From: Planctomycetota bacterium
GTDB lineage: Bacteria; Planctomycetota; UBA11346
Reading direction: 5' to 3'
NCBI GenBank assembly: GCA_038231435.1
Contig: JBBRLJ010000005.1
Span: forward strand, 32,001-96,000
DNA length: 64,000 bases
A program made the position numbers and the translations under genes. Shown piece after piece: positions 17,170 through 28,801 of the stretch. The notes under the pieces are model-generated. The model was not told where the DNA came from and searched no databases. It saw only the letters and a list, made by a program, of their open reading frames with translations. Within the stretch, counting starts at the first letter, position 1; each line of letters begins with the position of its first letter.

Positions 17170-20166
17170 TCAGCCGCGTCGACGCCGCCGCGCGCCGAGC
17201 ATACGCCCCAGCCCTGTTCCCATCCAGAGCCCGAGTCCCATGACCAGAACCGCCAGGCCCGAGCCCGGTCCGCACGAGCGTCCGGACGCGGCCGTCGGAG
17301 CCGCGCCCGAACCACCCGCGGTGCCCGCGCCAGAGAGCCAGGTAACCTGGTTGTCGCTCGTGGTCGCGGCGAACGAGGGCAGGCCAGAGTTGCTGGCGGC
17401 GCCGAGGGGGATGGCGGCGATCACCGTTCCGGCCGAACTCATCCCGGTGACCAGCACGGTGTAGTCGGTGCCCGCGCCGATAACGGTCGCGGCCAATGGG
17501 CCGCCGGCGGTTCCGGAGAGCAGCAGATCGGCGGCCGAGAAATCGCTGACCGCGGCGCTGAAATGCACGCTGAAGAGGATCACCGGCGCACGCGTCGGAT
17601 CCGGCTGGCTCGGATGCTGGTCGATGGTGACGGTCGGGCTGCCGACGCCCGGAGGCACGAAGGTGACGGTGTTGTCGGTGCTGGTGCTCACCGCCGAGGG
17701 ATGGCCGTTGGCCAGGGCGGCGTCGGCGGGGATGCTCGCGACCACCGTTCCGCCGCTGGTCATGCCGCTGACGTTCACCGTCCAGGTGGTCCCGCTACCA
17801 CTGACCACTGCGCTGAATGGGCCGCTGGCGGTGCTGCCCGCGAAACTCAGGTCTGCGCCGCTGAATCCACTGACCGGAGAGCTGAACATCACCGTGAACA
17901 CCAACGGACTGCTGATCGCTGGGTCCGCCTGTCCGCCAGCCTGGTTGATGGTCACGCCCGGGCCTGCGCTGTCGTAGACGCGTGTGAACACCGCTGAATT
18001 GCAGGCGAAGCCGCCGGAGTTAGCTGCGCCTGAAGCGACTTCGACGCGAACGGTTCCCGGGTTCGTCGGCGTCAGCGTCGCGGTGTAGGTCGAGCCGCTG
18101 CCCGCGAAGCCACTGAGCGTGCCGTTGGTGACGGCGATGTCGCCCGCGGTGAAGTCACCGACCGCGGTGGAGAACGCGAACGTCAGGGGGATGGCTCGCG
18201 AGTGCGTGGGATCGGGCGCGCTGGACGCGATCGTCGCGATCAGTGAACTTTGGGTGAGCACGATCGGGGTCTCCGGGAAGCTGCCCACCGAGAACGAGCG
18301 CAGCGCCTGCGTGACATCGAGGAACCCGTCCTTGCGCACGCGGATGGAGCCGACCACCACGTTGCTGATCACCAGGCGGTACACGCCGTACGCGACCTCG
18401 GTGAAGGGCAAGGCGTCGGAGGCGTTGAGGCCGAACGACACGCTGGCGCCGGTGATTTTGCCGCCCGAGCCGTCGGTGAGCGTGACGTACGCGCCACCGA
18501 CGGTGAGATCGAGATCGGAATTGTTCACCAGCGTGAGGTGCACGTAGCCGAGCTGCCGGCCCGGCGTTCCGGGCGGGCTGAGCGAATAGGTGAACGAGTC
18601 GGTGGTATCGCCGCTGAAGGTGCTGACGCGGACACGCAGGATGCCAGACGGATCGGCCAATTGGGTTTCCGGTGTCGTGATCAGGACGCCGTCGACACCC
18701 CCAGAGACCTGCTTGATGCGCGTGTTGGCGCCGCTCGGCAGCGACACCACCCAGGCGTTTGCGCCGAGCGCGATGTCGACGAATTCGGAGGGCGGCGATG
18801 ACGCGGTGGTGTAATCGAGCCGGCCGTAGACCACCGGCAGCGAATAATTCGGCGGCTGCGCCCAGGCCACGGTGTTGTCGCTGCTCGTCGACGCCGCGCT
18901 CGGCTTGCCGCCGGCGGTGGCGGTAGCGGCATCGGCGGGAATGGTCGCGGTGATGGTGCCGGGGCCGGACATCCCCGACAGCGAGAGCGTGTAGCTCGCG
19001 CCGCTGCCGGTGAGGGTGCGGATGATCGGCTGCGGCGACGCGCTCGACAGCACCACATCGGATGCGGTGAAGCCGCTGACCGGCGCGCTGAAGGTGATCG
19101 CGAAATCCACCGGATACGTATTCGCCGGATCGGTTTGGCCAGGAGCCTGGTCGATGGTCACGGTCGGACCGCCCGCGTCAGGGGTGACGGTGATCAAGTT
19201 GGACGCGGCGTTGGCGATGCCGGCGGAGTCGCTGGCGACACCAGCGGCTACCGACACCTGCACGGTCGCGCCGGTGGGGATGATCTGCGCGAGATAATCC
19301 TGCGAGCCGCCGTCGAAGCTGAGCAGGGTGCCGCCGGTGACAGAGAGCTCGTTGGCGGTGAAGTCGTTGGTTGCCGCGCTCACCGGCTTGGCGAAGTGGA
19401 TCGCGATCGGGATGGGATTGGCGGCGGTGGTCGTCGCTGCGGTGGTCGAGAGCGTGACCGCGCCCGGCGTGGGATCGACCATGGTCACGGCTTGGCTGAA
19501 GAACAGCCCGGCGCGCACCGTGCCGGTGAAGCTCAGGGTGTTGTAGCCGCTCTTGGTCAGGACGATGGTGGCCGTGGTGTTGGTGCTCGAGGTGGTTGGG
19601 ATGCGGTACTGCCCGGTGCCGACCTCGGCCCCGGATACCGCGGCGCCGCCGAAAGTCAGGGCCGCTCCGGTGACCTTGGCGCCAGTCGCGAAATCAGTCA
19701 CGAACAGGTCGAGCACACCGGGATTCGCCGCGGTGTCGTCGCGGTCGATGCGCAGCGTGCACAGGCCGTAGCGGCGGTTCGGGTTGTTCACCGAATAGGT
19801 GTGCGTGTAGTCGATCGGGCTGTCGCAGAACACGAAGCTGACGATCTGGTCGGCGGGATCGTTGTAGATCTGCCAGCCCATGCGCCCGAGCGCGTCGTTG
19901 AGCGCCGCCGGCGGCGTGAACGACGAGCCGTTCTGGAGATGGAAGACGCCGCCGCTGGGATATGGGCCATCGATCACGAATCCGGTGGGCCCGCAGCTCA
20001 AGGTGATCGCCCGGAACAGCGACGTGGTGCCGACGCTGTTCACCGGCGTGTACGTGCCGTCGACATTCACCGGAGGCAGGGTCAGGTCGTAGCCTGCGGC
20101 CCGCGTCGCCATGAGCGAACCCAGGGCAAGCAGCGACAGCAGGGCGATGAGCAGGATGCGCGTCAT
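17170..20166 (-). CDS. Large secreted/surface protein with bacterial Ig-like repeats and a C-terminal Cys-TM-polyArg sorting signal
   Basis: Signal peptide; five Ig-like repeats ('FS.PVSGF...D'); two carboxypeptidase-regulatory/PEGA-like segments; tail SCGPGSG-hydrophobic helix-RRRRRG. Confidence 0.85.
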   Translation of the reverse strand: MTRILLIALLSLLALGSLMATRAAGYDLTLPPVNVDGTYTPVNSVGTTSLFRAITLSCGPTGFVIDGPYPSGGVFHLQNGSSFTPPAALNDALGRMGWQIYNDPADQIVSFVFCDSPIDYTHTYSVNNPNRRYGLCTLRIDRDDTAANPGVLDLFVTDFATGAKVTGAALTFGGAAVSGAEVGTGQYRIPTTSSTNTTATIVLTKSGYNTLSFTGTVRAGLFFSQAVTMVDPTPGAVTLSTTAATTTAANPIPIAIHFAKPVSAATNDFTANELSVTGGTLLSFDGGSQDYLAQIIPTGATVQVSVAAGVASDSAGIANAASNLITVTPDAGGPTVTIDQAPGQTDPANTYPVDFAITFSAPVSGFTASDVVLSSASPQPIIRTLTGSGASYTLSLSGMSGPGTITATIPADAATATAGGKPSAASTSSDNTVAWAQPPNYSLPVVYGRLDYTTASSPPSEFVDIALGANAWVVSLPSGANTRIKQVSGGVDGVLITTPETQLADPSGILRVRVSTFSGDTTDSFTYSLSPPGTPGRQLGYVHLTLVNNSDLDLTVGGAYVTLTDGSGGKITGASVSFGLNASDALPFTEVAYGVYRLVISNVVVGSIRVRKDGFLDVTQALRSFSVGSFPETPIVLTQSSLIATIASSAPDPTHSRAIPLTFAFSTAVGDFTAGDIAVTNGTLSGFAGSGSTYTATLTPTNPGTVRVEVASGAANSGGFACNSAVFTRVYDSAGPGVTINQAGGQADPAISSPLVFTVMFSSPVSGFSGADLSFAGSTASGPFSAVVSGSGTTWTVNVSGMTSGGTVVASIPADAALANGHPSAVSTSTDNTVTFVPPGVGSPTVTIDQHPSQPDPTRAPVILFSVHFSAAVSDFSAADLLLSGTAGGPLAATVIGAGTDYTVLVTGMSSAGTVIAAIPLGAASNSGLPSFAATTSDNQVTWLSGAGTAGGSGAAPTAASGRSCGPGSGLAVLVMGLGLWMGTGLGRMLGARRRRRG

Positions 20167-20218
20167 GGGTTCTCCGTCGTCCGGGTGACCAACAAGCCTG
20201 AATGGAAGCTGGTGCCGA

Positions 20219-21847
20219 TCAGAGATGCCAGGTGATGCCAGCGCGCACGGTCACGCCCAGCACGTTGGCGGTGCGGTCGAAGGGGGCGTCGACGCCTGCG
20301 CCGACGCCGCTGCCATAGCGCAGCTGCGCCGCGATGTCGTAGAGGATGGCGCGCTGGAAGACGCTCAGGCCGGCGGTGGCGCCGACGTACTGGTCGACGG
20401 TGGCGTTGACCAGCTCGGGATGCGCAGCGTCGGGCGCGGCGGTGACGCCGGGCAGGCCTTCGTACAGGAGCCCGCAGCGCGGCACCAACACCAGGCGCGG
20501 GAGCAGCCACACGTGCTCGTAGCCGACGCGCAGCGCGTAGCCGTCGGCGAACTTCCCGGGCGCAACGAATGGGCTGATCGGGCTGGTGACCGACGTTCCG
20601 TCGTCCAGGCGCAGCGCGCTCCAGTCGGTCCAGGTCACATCGACCGCGATGGTGTGGCGATCGTTCGGGCGCCATGCGGTGGCGATGGTCGCGCTGCTCG
20701 GGTAGGTGTAGGTCGCACCGCGGCGGGTCGAGGTCGCGGTGGAGCTGGTGACCGCGCCGGTGCCGGCGTCGCGGAACTCGCGCGCGTCGCTCTTGGCGAT
20801 CGACAGGTGCAGATCGTACTGCGGCTTCACCGTGGCGGCGAGAGTCCATTCCGCGTTCACGTGCCAGAGCGCGCCGAGCACCGCGCTGGCGCCATGCTCG
20901 ACGGTGATGCGTTGGTGTTGCGCGGCGGTGAAGGTCTCGTCGCTGACGATCGACACGGGCGGGCCGCTGTCGATGGTGGTCAGGCGTCCGCTGCTCGCGG
21001 TGTCGCGGTCGTTGTGGCTCATGCGCGTGAGATCGTCATCCCACACCAGCGCCGACGCGCCCAGCGACAGGGTCGGAGCCACATCGGCGGCGTAGCTCAC
21101 GCTCCAGCTCGACCACGCGCCACGGTTGCGGATGCGGTTGTCGGAGAAGCCCTGGGTGGTCAGCGTCGGCCCGACATCCTGGAACACCTGGTGGCTGCCG
21201 GTGGCGCGCGTGAAATCGAACTGGCGTTGCCAGGCCAGACCCACGGTCTGCTGGGTGCCGAGCACGAAGAACGGCAGAACCACGCTGGCGTGGTCGAGCG
21301 CCGCGTCGCCCTGGGTCTCCTTCGAGCCGCCGGAAGCCGTCGAACGCGCGTAATAGCCGATGTTCAAGGACAGCTCCGGACGCTCGAGCTGGGCCATGCC
21401 CGCGGGATTCCAGGTGTTGGCGGTGGCGTCGTCGGCGATGGCGGTGAACGCCCCACCCATGCCCAGCGCGCGCGCGCCAGCGCCGATCGGGATCGGGCTG
21501 CCGTCGAAGGGCACCACGGTGACGTCGACGCCCGATGCGACCCCCGCCGTGATGCACGCGATCAGCATCGACAGGAGCATCGCACCATAGGCGCGATGGG
21601 GCGGCACTCGACACAGCCCTGGGGTAGGCCCGCAGGGCCGTAGGGGCGAAGCCCCTGAACAGAAAGCAGGGGGCCCCATCGCCCCGCGATGGGGCGGGCG
21701 CCGAGAGGCGGTGGGCGGATACCATGGGCGAAGCCCATCCGCCCACGGTTTCGCCGGCCCTGCCGGCGAAACCGAGCCACGACACAGCCCGGGGGTAGGC
21801 CCGCAGGGCCGTAGGGGCGAAGCCCCTGAACAGAAAGCTCTCCTCAT
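20219..21847 (-). CDS. Outer-membrane beta-barrel, OmpP1/FadL/PorV-like (alternative start 21580)
   Basis: 'P.GAGARALGMGGAFTAIADDATA..WNPAG' N-terminal motif; amphipathic strands. ATG 21847 overlaps the upstream stop (ATGA) and reads in frame through a repeat cluster. Confidence 0.8.
   Translation of the reverse strand: MRRAFCSGASPLRPCGPTPGLCRGSVSPAGPAKPWADGLRPWYPPTASRRPPHRGAMGPPAFCSGASPLRPCGPTPGLCRVPPHRAYGAMLLSMLIACITAGVASGVDVTVVPFDGSPIPIGAGARALGMGGAFTAIADDATANTWNPAGMAQLERPELSLNIGYYARSTASGGSKETQGDAALDHASVVLPFFVLGTQQTVGLAWQRQFDFTRATGSHQVFQDVGPTLTTQGFSDNRIRNRGAWSSWSVSYAADVAPTLSLGASALVWDDDLTRMSHNDRDTASSGRLTTIDSGPPVSIVSDETFTAAQHQRITVEHGASAVLGALWHVNAEWTLAATVKPQYDLHLSIAKSDAREFRDAGTGAVTSSTATSTRRGATYTYPSSATIATAWRPNDRHTIAVDVTWTDWSALRLDDGTSVTSPISPFVAPGKFADGYALRVGYEHVWLLPRLVLVPRCGLLYEGLPGVTAAPDAAHPELVNATVDQYVGATAGLSVFQRAILYDIAAQLRYGSGVGAGVDAPFDRTANVLGVTVRAGITWHL
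21578..21838. repeat. REP/BIME-like cluster: two 59-bp direct repeats plus several GC hairpins
   Basis: 21609-21667 and 21780-21838 are identical except for 1 nt, each containing GTAGGCCCGCAGGGCC and GTAGGGGCGAAGCCCCT. Between them lie hairpins CCCCATCGC-CCC-GCGATGGGG, GTGGGCGGAT..ATCCGCCCAC and CGGTTTCGCCGGC-CCT-GCCGGCGAAACCG. Confidence 0.85.
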
Positions 21848-23669
21848 TCGCTCACCACGGTGCCGCCAGCGGCAGCGGCGCCATCGACGCGTTTCAGGCG
21901 CGCGCGGCGGTCGTCGACCTTGTCGACCTCGAGCGTGCCCTGCACGCGCTTCTCGCCCGGCAGCAGCACGCGGCCAGTGGCGGGATCGACCACGTCGGCA
22001 TCGGCCTTCATCGCGAAGAAGCGCATGCGCCCGACCACGCCGGCCTGGCGGCCGCGATCGATGATCGGTACGCCGCCGTCGCCCGCGGCGAGCGTGCCCT
22101 GCAGCACCGGGAACTCCTGGCGCAGCCGGCCCGCGACCATGGCGAAGAACGCCTGCTCCTGCGCCGGCGCCACCGCTTGCGCGTAGGCGTCGGCACTCGC
22201 CACCACCTGGCCGCTCTGCGCATGGACCAGGCGCACGAAGCATTCGACGTCGTCACGACCGCGACGCAGCGTGCCGGTGAGCACGTAGCGCGCCTTCAGC
22301 CGCTGACCGGCCTCGGCGGCGGTGAGGCGGTCGACCTGGCCAGCCTCGACCAGTTGCAGCTCGCGTCCAAGCAGCGTGTCGGCCTCGGCATCGATGATGC
22401 GGAAGCGACCATCGTCGCTCATCGAACTCAGCAGCTCGGGATCATCACCTGAGCGCACGCGGCCGCCGTCGCTCGGTGCCTGCAGCGGGATCACCAGCGC
22501 GGTCGCGCGCAGCGCGCGATCCTGCGCAGGCGTCGGCGCGACCTCGAGCGTGCGCGACTCGACCTGCGTCTGCGCCAGAACGGCATCCGCCGCGCCCGCA
22601 CGGCCGGTAGCCAGGCTGAAGCGCAGGGCGTGGGTGCCGGCGCTCAAGGGAACGGCGAGCGTGCCGCCCGCCTGGATGCCGGCGAGCTCCTGGCGCGCGA
22701 GCACCGTGCCGTCGCCATCGCTCACCGTCAGCGCGGCGACACCGTTGGCGGCCCGCGCGCTGAAGCGGTACCAGGCGCGGTCGCCGGAGATCTGCGCGCC
22801 ATCGCGCGGGCCGTCGAGGGTCAGCTCGGGCGCCGGGGGCGAGGGCAACGGCGTGACGAGCGTCACCAGAGCGACGCGCGCGGGCTGCGTCTGAGCGGTC
22901 GTCTCGGTGGAATCGGAGGAAGGAGCGAGGGTCGCCAGGCTCTCGCCCGGTGTCAGCGATACGCTGAAGGCGCCGTCGGGCGCGAGCGCCAGCGCGCGCT
23001 GGGAGCCATCGCCGGCGAGCGCCCACAACCCCTGGCCTGCGAGCGCCTGCAGGCGGCCGGTAACATCGAGCGCGCCGGCGGCGCCGGGCGCCACCTGCGT
23101 GAGGACCACGCTGCTCGCGACCCGTGGCGGCGCGGGCAGCTGGGCGGGCGCCACCGCGGGAGCGGCGGCGACGCCGCGCAGCGTGGCCAGGCGGGCGAGC
23201 AGGAACTCGGCCTTGGCGCTCGGCTCCTGGGACAGACTCAGGCGCAGCTCGCGTTCGGCATCGTCCAGGCGATTCTCCTCGATCAGCATCGCGCCCAGTT
23301 CGCGGTGCACGAAGCACTGCACGAAGTGCATGCCGTACGTGCGTGCGCGGCGGCTGTCTTCCTTACGCAGGCTGGCGGCGGTGAGGAGATCGGCCTCGGC
23401 CTCGGCCCAGAAGCCGCCCATCGCCCAGCTCACGCCGCGTTCGTAGTGCTGCCACCAGCGACCGCGGAACGGTGCGGTGGTGGTGCCGAAGGTGGCGCCG
23501 TCGACGGTTCGCGGCGCCGGTCCGCGGACCGCGCCGCAGCCGCTGATCGTAGCGATGGTGATGGCGAGCGCGCCGAAGCCCACGGCGATGAGCGCCGCGC
23601 GCGCTGTCGGCCCATGGGCGGACACCGGCATAGGCACCAGTCCGGTGGGGAGGGAAGTCTCGCGACGGT

Positions 23670-23673
<4 letters not shown>
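21844..23673 (-). CDS. Predicted lipoprotein: TPR-like N-terminus, Ig-like middle, CsgG/FlgO-like and FlgT-C-like C-terminus
   Basis: Hydrophobic stretch ending ISGC; 'FRGRWWQHYERG', 'ARTYGMHF', 'HRELG'; 'AAEAGQRLKARYVLTGTL..FVRLVHAQSGQVV'; 'IDRGRQAGV..VVDPATGRVL'. ATG overlaps the kinase stop. Confidence 0.75.
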
Positions 23674-25685
<2,012 letters not shown>

Positions 25686-26360
25686 TGGAAGCTCCCGCGG
25701 CCGTGTGGATCCCCAGGCTACCCCCCGCCTTGTCAGCCACCACCGATTATGGGTTTTACTCGGGGGATATGCCGGACGGGCGCCTCATCACGAGCGACGC
25801 CGAGCGACCGACGGGGGGCATGGCTACCACGGGGGCCGCCGCGGACATCCCTTCCCCCTGAGTCGAGGTGCTGGCCTGCACCGGCGGCCCCATTTCGCTG
25901 TTCGCGGCGGACATCGACGCCACGGCGGAAGAGGTCCAGCGCCTGATTGGCCCGGCTCGCTCGTGGTGACCTGAGCCGCGCGCGAGGGGGCCGAGACTGA
26001 AGTGCGCGGCGATCGGAGGCCGCTCTGCCGGAGTTCCCAGACGCGCGCCTTCTCGGGCTGATCGTCATCATTCGCATTCCGTCTTTCGAACGTTGCAGGC
26101 ACAGGTTGCCATGGATGCCCGCGACGGCGGGCGCTACACGCCCTCGTGGCTCCCTCTCGATTCCTGGTCTGAGCGGTGGATAGCCGCTCCACGTTGCGTG
26201 CACCGTGGAACTGATCGCGGTACTTATCCTTGATCCGCATTCGAGAGAGCCGTTCCTCTGGAATGGTTTCCATGGAGGGTCTCCTTGGAACAGAGGCAAG
26301 GATTCTCAGCGAGAGACGTTCGTCATCCTCATTCTCAAGCGCGCCCCGACAAGGCCGCGC

Positions 26361-26399
26361 GGGGCAGGCCCGCACGGGCGGTAGGGGCGGAGCCTTTGA
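26361..26399. repeat. Degenerate third copy of the 59-bp REP-like unit
   Basis: GGGGCAGGCCCGCACGGGCGGTAGGGGCGGAGCCTTTGA aligns with GGGGTAGGCCCGCAGGGCCGTAGGGGCGAAGCCCCTGA. Confidence 0.6.
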
Positions 26400-26415
26400 C
26401 TGATAGCATGCCGAA

Positions 26416-26988
26416 ATGAGCCAGCCCTCACCATCCGCTCCCGAGCGATCCGGCGCCACCGTCGTCATCACCCACCGCGTGCTCCCCGGCAGGCACGACG
26501 AGTACGAGGAGTGGCTGACGGAAATCGGAGCCGCGTGCCGTGGGTCGGTCGGCTTCCTGGATCACCAGATCATCCGGCCCATCCAGGATCTGTCGGCCAC
26601 CTACACGGTCGTCATCGGTTTCGACACCGCGGAGCACGTCCGGGCCTGGGTCGAATCGGAAGAGCGCCGCGTGCTGATCGAGAAGGCGAAGCCGTTCCTG
26701 CAGACGGACAATGCCTATGCCATCCACAGCGGTCTGGATTTCTGGTTCATGCCCACGGGAGTGCGAGCGCAGGAGCCAGTGCGCTGGAAGCAGTTCCTGG
26801 TCATCTGGTCCGCTATCTATCCCTTATCCTTCGGTGTGCCGTTGCTGGTCGTGCCAGCGCTGGCTCAGCTGGGCATCGTGAATCGGGCAATCGTCACTCT
26901 GCCGGTCACGGCAATCATGGTAGGGCTGATGGTCTATGTGGTGATGCCGCGCTATACGAAGCTGGTGCGGAAGTGGTTGTTCACCTGA
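26416..26988 (+). CDS. Antibiotic biosynthesis monooxygenase (ABM)-superfamily protein with C-terminal membrane segment
   Basis: 'ATVVITHRV.PG...YEEW', 'W.ES.ER', 'SGLDFWF', 'P.RWKQ.L..W..IYPL', 'YVVMP..T.....WL'. Confidence 0.85.
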   Translation: MSQPSPSAPERSGATVVITHRVLPGRHDEYEEWLTEIGAACRGSVGFLDHQIIRPIQDLSATYTVVIGFDTAEHVRAWVESEERRVLIEKAKPFLQTDNAYAIHSGLDFWFMPTGVRAQEPVRWKQFLVIWSAIYPLSFGVPLLVVPALAQLGIVNRAIVTLPVTAIMVGLMVYVVMPRYTKLVRKWLFT

Positions 26989-27112
26989 ATCGAAGCAGGG
27001 GGCCTGGCAGAAGCCCGGATCTCCACCGGAGCTGGTCCAAGAAAATCACAGGAAGTTGGTCACGCATACCGGGTCCATCGACACCCGTGATTACCGTGCA
27101 ACAATTTTCCCC

Positions 27113-27718
27113 ATGGGCATCCTCCACTACCTCTTCTTCCGCCCCCGCGCTCCCCGCTCAGCCGAAAAGCTCCGCGATCAGCTTTTCGAGGCCGTCGCCC
27201 GTGGCGATGAGCGGCGCCTCCTCTCACTGGCCAACACCTGGAACGACCTGATCCGCGCCGAGTTCAAACATTGGCAGACGATGCCCAAGGCCCTCATTGG
27301 CAACCGCGCCTACGAGGCCTGGTACGGCAAGGGGTTGGTCGGCGTGGCGGAATTCTACCGGCGCTGTGGCGTCAGCGCGCTGATGGATCAACTGATCGGC
27401 GATGGCGCGGAGAATCCACTCATCCGCTGGCGTGATACGTACACGCAGGCGACCGCGTTGCTCGATGCCACGCAGGCCGAGGCGGTGGTCGCGCTGCTCG
27501 AGCCGATCCTCGCCGAATTGACGACCTCGGGCGGATCGGCGGTTGACATGTACCAGCCCCGCTGCCTGGGCTTACGAGGGGCGGCATATCACCAGCTTGG
27601 CCATCAGGCGCGGGCACGCACGGATACGCTGGCGGCGCTGCGCATGTGCCAGGAACTGGGCGATGCAGAGGGCCTCGCCACGTACACGCGCAATCTGGAG
27701 ATGATCGAGCAGGGGTGA
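27113..27718 (+). CDS. Hypothetical protein with C-terminal TPR-like helices
   Basis: GC3-biased ORF; 'GLRGAAYHQLGHQARA...ALRMCQELGD.EG' is TPR-like. Confidence 0.6.
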   Translation: MGILHYLFFRPRAPRSAEKLRDQLFEAVARGDERRLLSLANTWNDLIRAEFKHWQTMPKALIGNRAYEAWYGKGLVGVAEFYRRCGVSALMDQLIGDGAENPLIRWRDTYTQATALLDATQAEAVVALLEPILAELTTSGGSAVDMYQPRCLGLRGAAYHQLGHQARARTDTLAALRMCQELGDAEGLATYTRNLEMIEQG

Positions 27719-27956
27719 GACTGCGGTCTGAGTTCGTAGCAGGAAGCGTCGGACGGCACGAAATTTGGGGATAGCGTGGCCGGCACTCTCAACCTGGAAT
27801 GCCGCGAAGCATTGTTGAGGAGCCAAGCTATGAATGGGGCGGTTCTCATCGCTAGGCTCCGGGCGCCCTGAAGGATTTCGACCACCACGACGTTCCCTGT
27901 CCAATTGCGGGGCGCCCTCGAGCCATGACGATGGCACGTATCGCGAGGCACGCCCC

Positions 27957-28781
27957 ATGCTCACTCCCCAGCAGCACGCATTCTTCCACACCTTCGGCTA
28001 TCTCGCCTTCCCGGGCCTCTTCGCCGACCGCATCGCGGCCATCCAGTCCGACTTCGAGGCGCTGTGGGCGGCGCGCGGCGGCGGACACGGCGGCAAGCCG
28101 CACAATGGGCGCGAGCGCTCGTGCATCGGCGGCTTCATCGATCTGAGCGAGCCGCTGTCGGCGCTGGTCGACGATCCGCGCATCCTTGGCATCGCCAGCG
28201 ACCTGCTCGGTGAGGACTTCAATTACATGGGCAGCGACGGCAATTTCTATGTCGGCGACACCGGCTGGCATTCCGACGGCTGGAGCACCGAGCTGCTCAA
28301 CATCAAGATCGCCTTCTACCTCGATCCGCTGAAGCGTGACAACGGCTGCCTGCGCGTGATCCCGGGCAGCCATCAGGTCGGCGACCACTATGCCGAGGCG
28401 CTCCATGCCAAGCTCGGTGACTGCGGACTCGCGGGCAAGGACGTGCCCGCGGTCGCGCTCGAGGTGGTGCCGGGCGACATCCTGCTCTTCAATCACAACA
28501 CCAAGCACGCGTCCTTCGGCGGCGATGCGCGCCGTCGCATGTTCACCATGAACCTGTCCCAGCGCTGCCCCGAGCGCCTGCTACCGAAGTTCCGCGAGGG
28601 CCTGACCGGCGCCGCGCGCTTCTGGGTCGAGGAGCCGTACTGGGGCCCGTCCGCCCCGATGATCCGTACCGCGAGCCCGGAGCGGATGCGGCATCTCGAG
28701 CAGGTGATCGCGAATTTCAGCCATGTCGCCGAATTCGCGCGCAAGGCGAAGCTGGAGATGGCAGAGCCGGCGAGGGGCTGA
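27957..28781 (+). CDS. Phytanoyl-CoA dioxygenase (PhyH) family Fe(II)/2-oxoglutarate oxygenase
   Basis: 'LT..Q..FF.TFGYL', WHSD (HxD), 'NGCLRVIPGSH', 'PGD.LLF....KH', distal Arg pair. Confidence 0.9.
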   Translation: MLTPQQHAFFHTFGYLAFPGLFADRIAAIQSDFEALWAARGGGHGGKPHNGRERSCIGGFIDLSEPLSALVDDPRILGIASDLLGEDFNYMGSDGNFYVGDTGWHSDGWSTELLNIKIAFYLDPLKRDNGCLRVIPGSHQVGDHYAEALHAKLGDCGLAGKDVPAVALEVVPGDILLFNHNTKHASFGGDARRRMFTMNLSQRCPERLLPKFREGLTGAARFWVEEPYWGPSAPMIRTASPERMRHLEQVIANFSHVAEFARKAKLEMAEPARG

Positions 28782-28801
28782 GCCGCCAGGTGGGCGGTGA
28801 T

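Noticed and set aside
21609..21838. CRISPR array interpretation of the 59-bp direct repeats
   Set aside because: Only two copies, the repeat is too long, the 112-bp spacer is itself palindromic, and no cas genes are present.
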